From the NCBI GenBank assembly GCA_964016885.1, contig OZ024749.1:50902001-50966000 (forward strand): a stretch of DNA of 64,000 bases, given 5' to 3'. Positions within the stretch are counted from its first letter, which is position 1. Each line of letters starts with the position of its first letter. The notes below the pieces were generated by a model that saw nothing but the letters and a program-made list of their open reading frames with translations, was not told the DNA's origin and did no database searches. The stretch comes from Eledone cirrhosa. Lineage: Eukaryota. Shown piece by piece: positions 15,944 to 30,395 of the stretch. Position numbers and translations under genes: made by a program.

Positions 15944-15992
15944 GCTTCCTGAAGATTTCATCTGAATGAAACAGTACTAGTCCTGTAGAAGC
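15944..15992 (+). ncRNA. Type I hammerhead ribozyme, family D
   Basis: gcttc-CTGAAGA-tttcatctgaat-GAAA-cagtactagtcctg-TA-gaagc. Confidence 0.8.
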
Positions 15993-16009
15993 TCATTCTA
16001 TAAAATAAA

Positions 16010-16042
<33 letters not shown>

Positions 16043-16369
16043 TATATGGTATTAATATTGGTGCTCTGAAATAGCTATGTATACATGAATGTATGTAAAG
16101 TATATTTGGTATATAAATATATATATATGTATGTGTGTGTGTGCTTATTGTGTGTATGTGTGAGAGCGCGTTCTTCAGAATTTGAGAAGATAATGTTATT
16201 TCCAATGATGCATCATCATCTTCACCATCTTTTTCAGACACCTTTTCTCTACAACATATATATATATATATTTACCATTTCTTTACCATTTCTTTACCAT
16301 TTATTTACTATGTTGAAACTTCTCTTTATAATGCATCCTACATCTGCTGCCCTTGTGGCAAAATAAACT

Positions 16370-16586
16370 CTTCTTCTCCTTCTCCTCCCCCTCCTCCACC
16401 TTCTCATCCCCCCCTCTTCATCCCCATCCTCTTGCTTGTTCTTGGTCTTCTTCTTCTTCTTCTTCTTCTTCTTCTTCTTCTTCTTCTTCTTCTTCTTCTT
16501 CTTCTTCTTCTTCTTCTTCTTCTTCTTCTTTGTTTTCTCTTTCTTTGTTTTCTTTTCATTTACTTTTCCTTTTCCCATCCTTAATA

Positions 16587-16632
<46 letters not shown>

Positions 16633-17278
16633 GCTATTGTTATTGTTATTGTTGTTGTTATTATTATTATTGTCACCTTTGCCACACAATACTCATTTAC
16701 ATATTCAACCCTACCATTCATCCACCTCCCTGCATCCTCATCTTAATCAATATACCACCATCCCCATCATCATCATTATCATCATCATCATCATATAAAA
16801 TGTATAATTTTCGCTAATTCTATACCACATATCACTTCTTGCCGTTTTTTTTCTTCTTAATATTAAGACTTTTGCTGTTACAATCATCACATTCAATGTT
16901 CAACGTTTGATGTTTTATATTTATTTCTTATTTTTCAAATTGGTGTTGGAATGTTTCATCTTCTTTCTCATCAACTAATTTTTTTCCGTATTAAGTTAAT
17001 ATTCTGAGGTACAGGAAACCATATTTCTTCTTCTTCTTCTTCTTCTTCTTCTTCTTCTTCTTCTTCTTCTTCTTCTTCTTCTTCTTCTTCTTCTTCTTCT
17101 TCTTCTTCTTCTTCTTCTTCTTCTTCTTCTTCTTCGTCGTCGTCGTCGTCCTCGTCGTCGCCTTCTTCTTCTTCTTCTTCTTCTTCTTCTTCTTCTTCTT
17201 CTTCTTCTTCTTCTTCTTCTTCTTCTTCTTCTTCTTCTTCTTCTTCTTCTTCTTCTTCTTCTTCTTCTTCTTCTTCTT

Positions 17279-17309
<31 letters not shown>

Positions 17310-17374
17310 TTATTATTATTATTATTGTCATTATTATTATTATTATTATTACCATCATGTATTACTGTCATTAT

Positions 17375-17416
<42 letters not shown>

Positions 17417-17470
17417 GGGTGGTGGCAGTAGTAGTAGTAGCAGTAGCAGTAGCAGTAGCAGCAGCAACAA
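16370..17470. repeat. Trinucleotide repeat cluster: (CTT)n 16446-16530, (ATT)n, (CAT)n, (CTT)n 17025-17308 with a (CGT)n insert, (AGT)n, (AGC)n
   Basis: Seen directly. Confidence 0.95.
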
Positions 17471-18035
17471 CATTAGTTAGAGTAGCGGTTACTTTATTAT
17501 GGTTATTTTCATTTGTATTCATTTCAATTCCAATCCCATCAAAAGCAGTAGTCACAGAATATTTTATTAATGTACCTAATTAATTACAAGGACGGAAATT
17601 CAATGAGGAACCTAGTCGTTATTCTCATCGACAAAATAATTCAGTTATTCGCAGTACAGTAAATCAATTCGAACAATTAATTTCGAAATTGGATTAATTA
17701 TGATCAATTAGATTTCCCAAATATTGAAATAATTGCATTAGGAAATATAGACTCTCGAGTTCCGATCGCTGAAAGCAACGCATCCTTTTCCTCCTGAATA
17801 AATCAATAATGTTTTCGTGTCATAAATACTCTACGTGAAATGCTTTGTGATTCACAGGTCTACTGATACGTTGCAGAGCAGGGAAAGAAAATATATATAT
17901 ATATGTAGTATATGTGTATATATGCAATTATTTTCTTCAATATGAGCAATTGATTTTATGAATATTAAATTAGCGTATATGTATATGGTCGGGTATACAC
18001 ATACATCCTTTCATAACATTCGTACAATAATACAT

Positions 18036-18100
<65 letters not shown>

Positions 18101-18962
18101 CATTCATACAGTCATACATACATATATACATTCATACATATTCACATAAATGAACATATTAATATATAGAAATATATATGCATATATATATATATGCATG
18201 GATCTATAAATACATAGATACATAGATACATACATACATGCATATATACATTCATACTCATGTGTATAGGTGTGTGATTGTGACTGTGTGTGTGTAAATG
18301 TCACCAGCTTAACCCACACATACGTGTACGTATGTGCTGCTTTTTCTTTTATTTCCCAGTCCAAATGCTTCTGTAAGTATGTGTATGTAAGAAATTGATC
18401 GAATTAGAATTCAGAAATATTAACTACGCTAATAGATTATATACTTCTATGTTCTTATGTAAAATTACCCGAGCCTATATTCAAGAAATTATATTTATTT
18501 TCTATATTGAATGGATAGTAAAGCTATATTTAATAAGGTTAGGTAAAAACTGTGCTATTCATTTCAAGTGAAATTTCTTGATTAAGTGATTAAATGATAT
18601 TTCAATTTAGGCCCACCCATAAAGATAGCCATTAATCGATGAATTTTACTTCTAATTGAATCAATGAAATATCGTGAGAGAATAGAGTGTTCAATGTTTG
18701 ACGCAAAAAATACAGAGAAATGAAAAATATAAATATTATATTCTGAAGTAATTTTGAAGAATTTTCCTGACGTGTAAAAAACGATACTTAAGAAGTTTAG
18801 TGTATGTTGGAAGAAATTGAGTTCAATGGATATATCATTTGAATTCACCATAATTACACATTGCTCTGCATGAATGCATATGTTTATTTACATATACATA
18901 TATTTCCCGCCACCCCCACACGCATGCATACATTACCAGACATACTTGAATATATATATGTA

Positions 18963-19119
<157 letters not shown>

Positions 19120-19772
19120 GTATAATAAATACATGCGGGAAATATAGGCAAATGCACCTATATCTTCCAATGAACCAGATCTCTAAAGAATATATATACA
19201 AAAATAAATATATCTGCATGCTAAATCATGTATTACCAAAAATAGTATGTAATACCATATACTGTATTAAATGTCAAGTATAAATAATGAATATTTCGGG
19301 TCCTTAAAATCCTACAAATATTAGAGTATGTAGACACAGTTGCGTATCTCAGCATCCAAAACAATCGTATATTGTTAATAATTGGAAGCATATCCACTGA
19401 TTGTGATAAGTTAACCACAATGTCATTGTTTAGATAAGAATAACTGGAAACTGTTTAAAGTCCATATTATAGTTTAATTGAGAGAATACGAAAATCTGTC
19501 ACAAAAAGCTAGTATAGAGAATTTAAAGTGCTTTCTTCAGTTTTCGTTTCAGGAAAATTAAATCTCCCCAATTATGACATGATGGTATTCACCTATGCAA
19601 TTTTCTTTCTGTAATACTGAAAATCATTACGTTTCAATACCACTAAAGAAAGATATATACACTACTATAAATGTAATAGGTTTTATACCATTCCTTTCTT
19701 CTCTCTTTAGATAATATATCTCTACCCGGACGAGTAAGTTTTCCAGTCTGTCCCCCTCATGCAATCTCTCTT

Positions 19773-19849
<77 letters not shown>

Positions 19850-19884
19850 ATCTCTATCTCATTCTCTCTCTCTCTCTCTATCTA

Positions 19885-19917
<33 letters not shown>

Positions 19918-20009
19918 CTCTCTCTTTATACATATATATATATAATGAAAAAAGGTGAAATCGAAAATGCAACTGGAGTCTTTATTAAAAAATGTATATA
20001 TTTATTTGG

Positions 20010-20052
20010 TTCCTTTACCGGTTTCGCAGTTCTTCTGCTTTTCAAAAGGGAA
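20010..20052 (-). ncRNA. Variant minimal hammerhead, family C (U3-A8 core)
   Basis: cctt-TTGAAAA-gcag aagaa ctgc-GAAA-ccgg-TA-aagg. Confidence 0.65.
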
Positions 20053-20075
20053 AAGCCACAGCCCCTCCATCTCAA

Positions 20076-20119
20076 CTCTACTTTTGAAAAGCAGAAGAAC
20101 TGCGAAACCGGTAAAGGAG
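20076..20119 (+). ncRNA. Variant minimal hammerhead, family C (U3-A8 core)
   Basis: ctc(ta)ctt-TTGAAAA-gcag aagaa ctgc-GAAA-ccgg-TA-aaggag. Confidence 0.65.
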
Positions 20120-20245
20120 CCAAATAAATATATATATCTAAAAAAAATAAGACTCCAGTTGCATTTTCGATTTTATCGATTTTCCTTATACTTTCACTCG
20201 TGTGGGACATCTCGGTTATTTTTCATTTTGTAAAAAAACCCTCAC

Positions 20246-20329
<84 letters not shown>

Positions 20330-23300
20330 TGAGATAGATAGATATAGGATGTTATTAGTTAGGACTCTTAATATCCCTCTACGTAGTACTACATACTTAA
20401 TTTAAATGCAGTAAATTAACTGCAGGCTTTATTATATGTACGATGGCCCACTACCAATCATTTCGAAGTCAAAACTATTTGAACCTCAAAGTGGGGTACT
20501 TCATATCGAGCCGATGTTATCGCATCTACTCTTAGTTTTACCTATTCCTTCGAAGATCTGCCAAAATAATCATATTTTGTGCATTCTATGTTTTCTTTTG
20601 ATATTTTGATGTATTTAAAAAGAAAGTATTTTCTTGCATAAATATGATATAAACATTGATATAATCATATTCAAACCCCAGGCAAGATGTAATGTTATGA
20701 AGAAATAAATTGTATCTGTCGGAACATTAATCTATTGAATAATATTACGTTCATAAACACAAACACATATTTATATATATATACATATTTATAACTATTA
20801 GGATCTCTCAAGGACTGCTTTCTAACATAGGAAACACATCATATGATTCGATTTACTCATCGGTGAAATACGGCTGTCAAAATGTCACACTTTAATTTGT
20901 GGAGGATGAGGCAAAATTTAAATTTTGGTTTCACTGAAATTAACCATCGAAATGGATCCTTATAATGTGTGCCTCATATAATTAATGCATAAATTTGAAA
21001 TATCAATAAGACACCTACGAAATTAGAAATTGGAATGTAAAGCACCGCAAAGAATTACGTTTGACGTTTGACGTTCTACTGATTTTGCAAATAAACTTCA
21101 CGGTTGCTTAATAAAACCAAACGCTTTATTGAAATGTTGGTGTAATTGAGAAGGCAATATAAAACATAATATTGTATGCTGTGTTTTGTATATCTGTCTA
21201 GTTTCCAATGTGTCAGTATCTGGTATTTTCTAATACACCTGTTCATTTGATATAAACGACTCGCAATCTTCAGGTATGGGCTTCTATTTCATTGTAAAGC
21301 TTCTTTGGTAAGCGTCATTCCCAAAGGATTCTCCTTGATACACATTGTCTTAACAAAAGTATGGAGAGAGAAGCAATTTGAAAGTTCAATGTATACAGAT
21401 AATCTGTATTTCAAAGGTGTAATTATGTCATAAATCACTTTGAACCAACCGGATTACGCTAAATTCCACGCTTATCTATACAGCGTATAGCTACATACAC
21501 GTTAATTTCACGTGTTCCATTTCCTATAATTCAATTCCAGCTATATCAGATACAATATGAAAACAATAATTCCAGCGTAACATTAAGGAATACTCCACCC
21601 TTTTCTAAATGCTTCTCCTTATTACGTAGAAATATGATCCGCAATTTCTCTATTATTTTCTGCGTTTTATGGTTGAGTGTATTACAAAAGAAAACATTGT
21701 CCAGGCCTCCGGGAAAAGTATTAAAATGTTCACTTTGTATAGTATGGTTTTAACTAGTACAGGATTACAGTGGTTTTCCAGAGAGGCAAATGCAGATTTC
21801 AAATTAAATCAGTTTTCAATCACTACATAATTATGGAATAATTTACAAGACCATAAGACAAATTGCTAGAATACCACACCAGTATCCAACACTATTATTC
21901 TCTATTGAATTCACCGAGTCAATTTTGTGACGTTGAAGTGTAATTAGTCGTTTCATTGATATTCATCAAAGTGTCTTTCAGCAAGGATGGAAACCGTGCA
22001 AAAAAAATATGAAAATAAAATTACTAAAGCAATGTAATTTTTAGATATTTTTTTTCAATCGGAAACAATGTTTAATTATGTTTGTATCGATTCATAAAAG
22101 TAATTAAATGATCAGAAGCCAAGCTGTTCAGAATTAGAAACATTAAATTTTCAATTTTGAAGAATTCATTATGAAAGCGTTTTCTTCTGTACTAAATCTT
22201 ATGTAACTTTAATTAGATTTATACGCGCTCATATTTTTTTCAGTTTGAGTGAATATTTCAACATTGAAAGAAAGTCATTCTATTTGTATGGTTGTCTAAT
22301 TAAACTACTCAATTTTGGTATATACTGCTTGAATTTAAATCTTATTTACATGTATTAATTCAATAGTTACTTCACCAGGTTATAAAATATCTTGTCTGTG
22401 AAACAAAATACGTTTTCATATATAAGGATACAAATAGCTGAGTTGGTCCAGTGATGTTTGTAAATGAACGTTCACTCTCCCACTAGTTTGTTTACTTGAT
22501 TTTGGTTTCGATTTGATTAGATTTAGTTCTCTCATATTGAAATGAACTGAATTTAATAAATTAAATATGAAATATAGTATTGTATGGTTTCCTATATACA
22601 AGCAATTTCAAAAACGAAATACTAAACATTTCAAATGAATGTACTGAAGCTAAAGCTTGCCTGTAAACTGTATAGAATTATGTAATCATCAAATGACAAG
22701 ATGATGTACTCCATTGATATAGGGAAAGTATAGTTTGAGCGAAGTGACATATTGTCTATGGTTTTATACATTTGATTAATCAATGATTCGTGGGTATTCA
22801 CGTATCAAACACTAATTGTTACTGTCGGCAATTTCCATTGAAATGTATATTCATATGTTATGAAGATATACTATATCGTCTCAGAACATCCATCGTTCTC
22901 CGAGGGATGAGAAAGCGGTGACTTTGCCAGCATATTTCTGGAGATCAAAATGTTAGATTATCAATTTTGCAATAACCCATAATAATACCCAATGTGTTTA
23001 AGAATATATATATAGTCTCATTTAATTAAGGCTAAATAGTGAGTCTTGTTATACTTGTCCTTCGCCTGTATATCAAAGCGTCACAATTGTGGCTTCTGTA
23101 ATGTATAAACAAATATTACACTTATAATCGCTTACATACACACATCGTGTAGCGATATAATGTCAAATATGATTCATTTTTACAAATACCTAGTTGATGT
23201 TATATATTTTAGATATAAAATCTATGCATACACTCACATACCTGGCTAGCGTGTGTCTGATTCTATTGTTTAGCAACATAGTGTTATGTATTAATCTCAT

Positions 23301-24559
23301 GTCAGTAAGAAAAGTTATTAGTGCGTATCATCAGTATTTCTATTTCGTACAAAACATATGTAACCGATGTGACAATTCTAAAAGTGTCTACGATAGACAA
23401 TAGTAAATATAGAAAAGTATTAGACTGTGAAATTGGTAAGTTAGATTTTAGGTACAAAATGTGTGTATTTATATTGTATCTGTATTCCTAATAGTTGAAG
23501 TCTGTTATATTAATTGATTGGGAAATTTTAGCGGGCTGCCAATATATAATATCTGCGATTAATCGTGGATATATGACATATTTGCTAAATATTTAATAGG
23601 TATTCGAAACATATTCTTCCAATTTGGTTGTATGAGCAGAAATGAATGAAATGAAATGAAATGATTAATTGAGAGAAGATTGTAAGATACAAACAAGAAT
23701 AAAGTTGATGTAGACCTTATGGGAGTTTGAAACAAATCACTATCCACTGCTCGACATTGGTCGTTTCCTCAAAATTCTTAACATACATTTCACGTGTTTT
23801 TGAAACATTTTCAATTTTTTCAATATTCATTCAATTATTTGCTATGTAAAATTCTAACAATTATTTGAAATATCACTTCTGATGTTGAATATTTTATGTC
23901 AGATGTTATATTCATTTTATCATAAAGGTTGCATAAATATGCTTTGTTTTGCAGAGGAATTAAGGTCATGGCGTTTAATTTATTTATGTGTTTTTATTTT
24001 ATTTCAGTTCATGTTTCTCTATAATTCGTTTCTTTTAACAGGCTACTGTTATTCAGCTTTTTCACAGAATATTGCCTGTCACGTTCAGAAAAAACGTTCA
24101 TCAATTATGGATTAAATGTGTTAGCGATAATGAAAGAGAAGTGAATGTTTGAAAATATTCATTCTAGAAACAAACATAACAAGCCAAACATTTCCAATCT
24201 TCTTTTCAACTGAAGACGAAATTTGCATAACGTCTACTTGAGAGAAAAAAAGTGCATTAAGAAAACGGAAGATGTTCTTGTCATTTCATGTTCTTAGTTG
24301 CAAAAACAATTGAAAAGTGTAATTGTAAATATGTTATAGATGACAAGCAAGACCCAACCTATTAATAGAGGTTGTGTGTGTACATTATTTTTCCTTCGTT
24401 ATAAATTCTGTTTTATTTTTTATAAAAGCGTTGAATGGATACGCATAGGATACGGAGTAACTTAAATATACTTAAATGTGGTCAGCTGAAGTAAATATAC
24501 TTAAATTTGGTCAGCTGAACTAAATGTATGTGTATGTGTGATAGCTCACACCTATGCAG

Positions 24560-24779
24560 GTTTAGCTGGCCTCCTCCAATGTATATCTCGTTGCAGGTGT
24601 CTTGTGTGATTTATAGATAGGGGCGACAGTCATATCATCCCATTTTTACGGTTGAGTAAACTGGAGTCACGTGAAATAAAGTGTCTTGCTCAAGGAAACA
24701 ACACATCACCCAGTCCGAGAATTGAACTCACAACCGTTCGGTTGCAAGTCCAATGCTCTAACCACTAAGCGACGCGCCT
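24560..24779 (-). mobile_element. tRNA-derived SINE group 2
   Basis: Minus strand reads aggcgcgtcgcttagtggttag...gagttcaattctc...tccttgagcaagacactttatttcacg. Confidence 0.85.
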
Positions 24780-24919
24780 TTACAAGTATTACACAGTAAA
24801 TGTATTACACAGTGTTCAAAATAATTAATACATCTTATATGATAATATCCCTTTATTTAGAATTAGGTATTAGGCATCAGCTATTCCAAGTCGGAATCTT
24901 CCTTGTAGATTTCCATTAC

Positions 24920-25411
24920 CAGTTATGTATTGTTAATCATGAGTTGCATTACATTAGCGAACGATTAACCCTTTAAATGTCAATTAATACACTGCTGGTA
25001 AACACACCTTTGAAATAGCAACAATATCATTTCTACGCTTCCGTCACTTTCAATACACAATAACAATTAAATTCGGTAATAGACACTCGTGACGAGGTTT
25101 CAAACTTGGTTCTGCTAATATACAATATATACAATATATATTGCACAAGATGGTAAAATATGCGACTTAAAAAATAAGAACAACAATGTCTGTTTCTCTA
25201 ATAGTATATTTTATTAATAAAATAAGTGCTTATGGTTATCTAAACAGGCTGTTAGGTTTAATGGTATAGTGATATTCTGTGCATCATTTTATCAAATTCC
25301 TTATTTATTGTCTCTCTTTTAAAGGTGTGTTTAAAGCAATACGTCAGTGTATATTTAAAGGGTTAACGGTTCGCTAATGTAACCGAACTCGGGATTAACA
25401 CTACATTACTT
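24920..25411. mobile_element. Old MITE or fold-back element with imperfect inverted repeats of about 105 bp (24920-25026 and 25306-25411)
   Basis: The arms share gttaatc..gagtt...ttacattagcgaac..ttaaccctttaaat...taaacacaccttt in opposite orientation. Confidence 0.65.
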
Positions 25412-28041
25412 GACATATCATTTGTCTTCACAAAGTTAATATATACATTAATAAATAAAGTATCGTCTGAAGGGCTTTAGTCTTATAATGTAGCATAATG
25501 TAGCTATAATACTTGTTTAGTTTAATCACGTATTTCGCTAGAGGAACAGCATAGCTAGGATACATGTATGTGAAGAAGAAAGGCTTTCGAAAACTATCGT
25601 AAGGCTAGATTATGAGCATTGCTTTGGACGTTACTTACGTATGAAAAATGTGTACTCCTTCATATAGCGCATGAATTCTGTTTCATTGAATATTAATTTT
25701 GATAGGCAAACTTTTGTACAAGCCGGCTGATAATGACATAATCCAGTGTATTATTTATTTTGTCGATAGTTGGACGTTATTTCGGTATTAAATATTTATA
25801 TAAGCTCGTATGAAATAAATATTCAAGTTTCGGTTTTATGTCATGAATACCGAATGTATTCCCGACAACATTTTTATATGATCATAGGGAGAAAAAGATA
25901 TAACAATATTTTATACAAGTAGATAACTTTGAAGCAGAATCCCTGTTAGTCATTTCGTAAATGGAAATATTATTCCATAAATGCTGATATTAAATATTAT
26001 AGGTGAACTACAAAAATGTTAGACACTTGAAGGATAATGGCTTATTGACCAAATACTCTTTGTGGAATATTACATATTTCATTTTATAACCATATTTTTA
26101 TATTCATGACTGGCATTTCCAAATATTTATCGAATAGCAAAGTGAGGAAAAGTACTTGGTCTTTAAAGGATCAATAGTTGCTAAAATATTGACTTAATTT
26201 AGAAGTGAGTCGAAAATTATCAAGCTGAAAAAAAGTGAGCATTATAAACAACTATTTTAAAGCGATGTAATGTTTTAATTTTTTGTACACGAACTGGCTT
26301 GGGGAAATGCATGGATGTTCCGGGTAGCCTGCCAGAAATAGAATATATAATTTAAATTCTATTTCAAGCTATCAATCCATCACACATTCATATATCCATA
26401 TGTAACGCATTTTACACGCGTGGATAAATTTAACAGTAAATTTACGTTTCCGAATGGAATAGGAAAACAGCCTTTATGCATGTTATATTGTTTCGAAGAT
26501 ACTAAAATATGCACATATAAATATATAATGCATTAAAGAAGTTGTAAAATATAATAAAAAGAAAATATATTTTGATATCTGAATGTGAACTGCGCAACAT
26601 TTTTAGGAGCCCGATATAAAAACGTTTATCAGAAGATAAATGACGACAGAATGTATGTACAAACTACTTCAATACATAAATACTTTCCTTCATGATAAAT
26701 GTGTTTCATATAGTAAAGGATTGTTCTTGTGGAAGTAGGATTTTGACTGGTCAGTAACTGCTAGTGGTTTAGGAATTTGTGACTACTGTAATAATTTTTA
26801 ATTGTGAATTTCATGACTCAACCTATGTCTATATATATATTCTTCTTGAATATGCTGATGTCTACGCTATGAAACTGATAAAATAGGCTTGGATGAACCT
26901 GACAAGCCCTGTTTTGTCATATCCCTCATTCTGTTATTTTCTTTTAAGAAAGATGACGTTGACATACGATTTACTTTAGATTCCGGTGTTATGGAAAGCA
27001 AGATGATTTTTCCGTTAGCCCATGGCAATTATGGCTCCATAGCTCCATAAGAGGAGGAGATACTCAATTACTGTGACGGATGATTTAATCAAAGTCTCCC
27101 ACTCTCTATCTCTCTCGCATATGAAATCCCTGTTTCAATTTCATATTGATGCTACCCACATACGGCAAAAGATGTGTCCTAAGAGTGAAGATTATGTCAT
27201 CAGACTCCCCCACATTGCATGGCTCGTAATGTATGTACTTAATGAGTTGTTATCAAAAGGAAGCTTTAAAATATTGTTGGAAATATTAATCTGGGGAATA
27301 CAAATATGACTTAGATGAACGCTATTCATATCCTGTTATTATAAGAAATAAGGTTAATATATTTTACATCCTAATTTCCGGACAGACTCTCTATATAAAT
27401 TTGAATGTCACAGTATATTTGAACTTCAGTTACATCATTACATTTGTTTTCGTTTTTTATACTCCATAGTCATACAATTTCTAATTAAACTAAACAAAAA
27501 GCAACTAGTATCTAAGAAATTCTATATATACAAATGTTATCCTGGACTACTGCCTTCGATATTCTGTATTCACAATCCTGATAAAACGGTAAAAAAGAAT
27601 TGATAAAATATTACAAGTTAAAAGAAAACAAAGAATAACTGTAGGAAAATCAATATTATATTAAATCTCTATTTCTTTATCTGTGACATATTTGACCTTC
27701 CTATATGATGTGACATTTTGTAGTTTATGCAGTTCACATTTACAAAACTCCTAATGCTTGAAAGCCTAAACACAGTATGTGCTGGTTAATAACGTATTTA
27801 ACGACAATCTATTGTCAAAGAATGTTAAGTTAAAAGAATTGGTTTCAAAGTAACGCAATTCATTATAGCTTTACTAAGGAAAGTTCCCTCGAAGTTAAAC
27901 TATTATTGAAATGCCACTGACCACTTTCGGCATCTGAACTGAATCAACTTGTACTTAACCTAACGAAGAACTATTGAACCAAATTTAAGCTAAACGAGGC
28001 TTCAGTTAATCTCCTTTCAAGCATAAAATAAAATAAAATAA

Positions 28042-28191
28042 TTAACCCTTTTAACGCTTCTGCCTCTTACAGAAACGAATAGAAAAGAACGATTAAAACA
28101 ATAGTTTAGAATAACTCGGGCGAAAACAAGAGTCGAACGTACTCGAAGATTTATATAAATTCTCTTGAAGCATTCGGTGCAAAAGGGTTAA
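28042..28191. mobile_element. piggyBac-type MITE candidate (TTAA target duplications, CCCTTTT...AAAAGGG ends)
   Basis: ttaa-ccctttt at 28042 and aaaaggg-ttaa ending at 28191; 142-bp interior with only short terminal repeats. Confidence 0.5.
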
Positions 28192-28959
28192 TCACAAGAC
28201 GCTGTACTAACCACATGTCTGTATATGTATGCATATTACACAAATGGTCATTGTTAACCTTTATGTTCATACCATTTTCTATCTAAAGCAATTTGATTGA
28301 ATCAGCCTAATTTTAACTATGCAATACTGAGTGTCCGATGGGTCTACGAAGACATATTTATACAGAAAACAGCATATATTACAACATAAAAAAACACGTT
28401 TATTGCAAGTATAGCCACACTTATACTGTCAAAGTATAAACATAGTTTAAAACACATCTTCTTATCATGTTCCTATGAGGCTGATTTCATGTTTTCGTTG
28501 ATCCACTATCAGATATTGTATAGTAACTATTAAAAGTATTTATAAAATACGTAACTAACCTAAGTGACATTTTTGGTATAATGGATATACATGTAGAATT
28601 AATTGTCCTGTATATTCAATTACGAGTGTATGCAATTAGATTAGTAAAACAAATATAGTGAATATGTACCATTCTTAACTAGTTAGCTGCGGCCATAGGC
28701 TAACTTTGACTAAAGTTGGCGCGGCCAAATGTATCATTTACTATTTCATTTCATTGTGAACACTGATCAATTTCTTTGTATGAAAACCAACAAGCCTATT
28801 TAAACTTGACAATATACAAATGCTCCCCAAAATCTCACATAAGAGTATGTCTTCCTAAGAAATATATAATATCAAAAATATATTATAATGCTTATCGTTT
28901 ATGCCGTAATACCAGGAATAACTATGTAGCAAATATTTATTACTATATCAATATTGGTT

Positions 28960-29172
28960 TCTGATTTTAACGCAACGCCAGCGACTTAGCAGGACAAGGA
29001 AAGTCGATTAAATAGACCCAAGTGCATTACTGCTAGTTTATTTTATCGACTTCTTAAGGATGAAAGGCAAAGCTAACTTCGGTGGAATTTGAACGCAGAA
29101 TGTAAAGTGACGCAAATCATATGCCACAGGGGATGTTGCTCGACGCTGTACTCATACTGCCCATCCACTTCT
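28960..29172 (-). mobile_element. SINE group 1, degenerate
   Basis: aagtcgatt...ttttatcgac...aaggatgaaaggcaaag...gaatttgaacgcagaa. Confidence 0.8.
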
Positions 29173-29848
29173 CATAATAAATCAATGGTCATCAATAAAG
29201 TAAACGTCAATTGAACAAACTGCAAAGAAATATCTAGATCTATTTAATGAGATCATTGTGATATTCTGGTTATATGGAATGTAATTACTAACAGGAATTT
29301 CAAATGAAATAGGCTTTCCAATGCAATGTTGCTAATAAGTGGTGTTTAAAAAGATGGCCGAGGAAAGAATGATTGCAATAAAGGATTTTTATGTATATAA
29401 ATATATAACATAGATGTATTATTGATTTTAATAATTTTGCAATATATTGAGTTTTGCAGTCAGGAAGATATCATTAAACAATTATTAATATATTGAAAGG
29501 GTTAACATAAAGCAAATGAATGCAACGTTAGCAAAAATTAATAACATACTTTGTCATCATACATACATCTAGATGAACAGGACAAGGATACGGAAAATCA
29601 TTTAAAATATATTAACGATGGCATGAATATTCATCATATGAAAAGATATTTCATGATACTTCAGAACATATTTTCTTCCAATGTATCGGTAATATGATAT
29701 AATTCAATAACTTCATATGACACAAAGTGGTAACTGATAATAGACAGGATGGTGCATAAATAATATATCTACCGATAAGTTGATCGAGTTGAAGATATAC
29801 TTGCCAATATACAATCTCAACGTTTATATGCCAGCGCGCTTATTACAG

Positions 29849-29929
<81 letters not shown>

Positions 29930-29945
29930 GCATACACAGACATAC

Positions 29946-30014
<69 letters not shown>

Positions 30015-30395
30015 AGTCTGTCTCTCCGCCTGTGCGTATCGGTGTTGCTGAGAGCGCCCGTGTGTGAGTTTGTATATATATACATATATATATATAGATA
30101 TATAAAATCTTCAATATTGTTCATATATTATTTCGCTGAATTTACACGACACCACCCAGAACAACAAAACAAACAAAAGGAAAATCATTGAGTGAGAATA
30201 TAAATTTTGCAAGTGTCCTGTTACCTACCAGAATACTTATATCTAAACCTTATACAAATAAGAAGACTAAATATACAGCAACATATTTTGAAAATATATC
30301 CATCCTGTATCATGTGGTATTTAAGAAAATCGGAATATATTGCAACAAGAGAACTTTGAGAAATGTAATTATAAGGTTAGCGTAATATTATTTTA

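Larger units (their letters stand above)
15797..16010. mobile_element. Family D inverted pair, probable PLE pseudo-LTR; palindrome centre at 15943/15944
   Basis: Arms about 15865-15932 and 15944-16010, with a one-sided extension at 15797-15864. Embedded in (TA)n and homologous to 47978-48117. Confidence 0.85.
19942..20250. mobile_element. Family C inverted pair, probable PLE pseudo-LTR; arms about 19942-20048 and 20081-20190, extension to about 20250
   Basis: Inverted repeat of about 108 bp flanked by (TA)n; a further copy lies at 14283. Confidence 0.85.

Noticed and set aside
21031-21042. tggaatgtaaag (start of miR-1) and aggcaagatgt near 20680 (start of miR-31)
   Set aside because: The matches stop after 11-12 nt and no precursor hairpin is evident.
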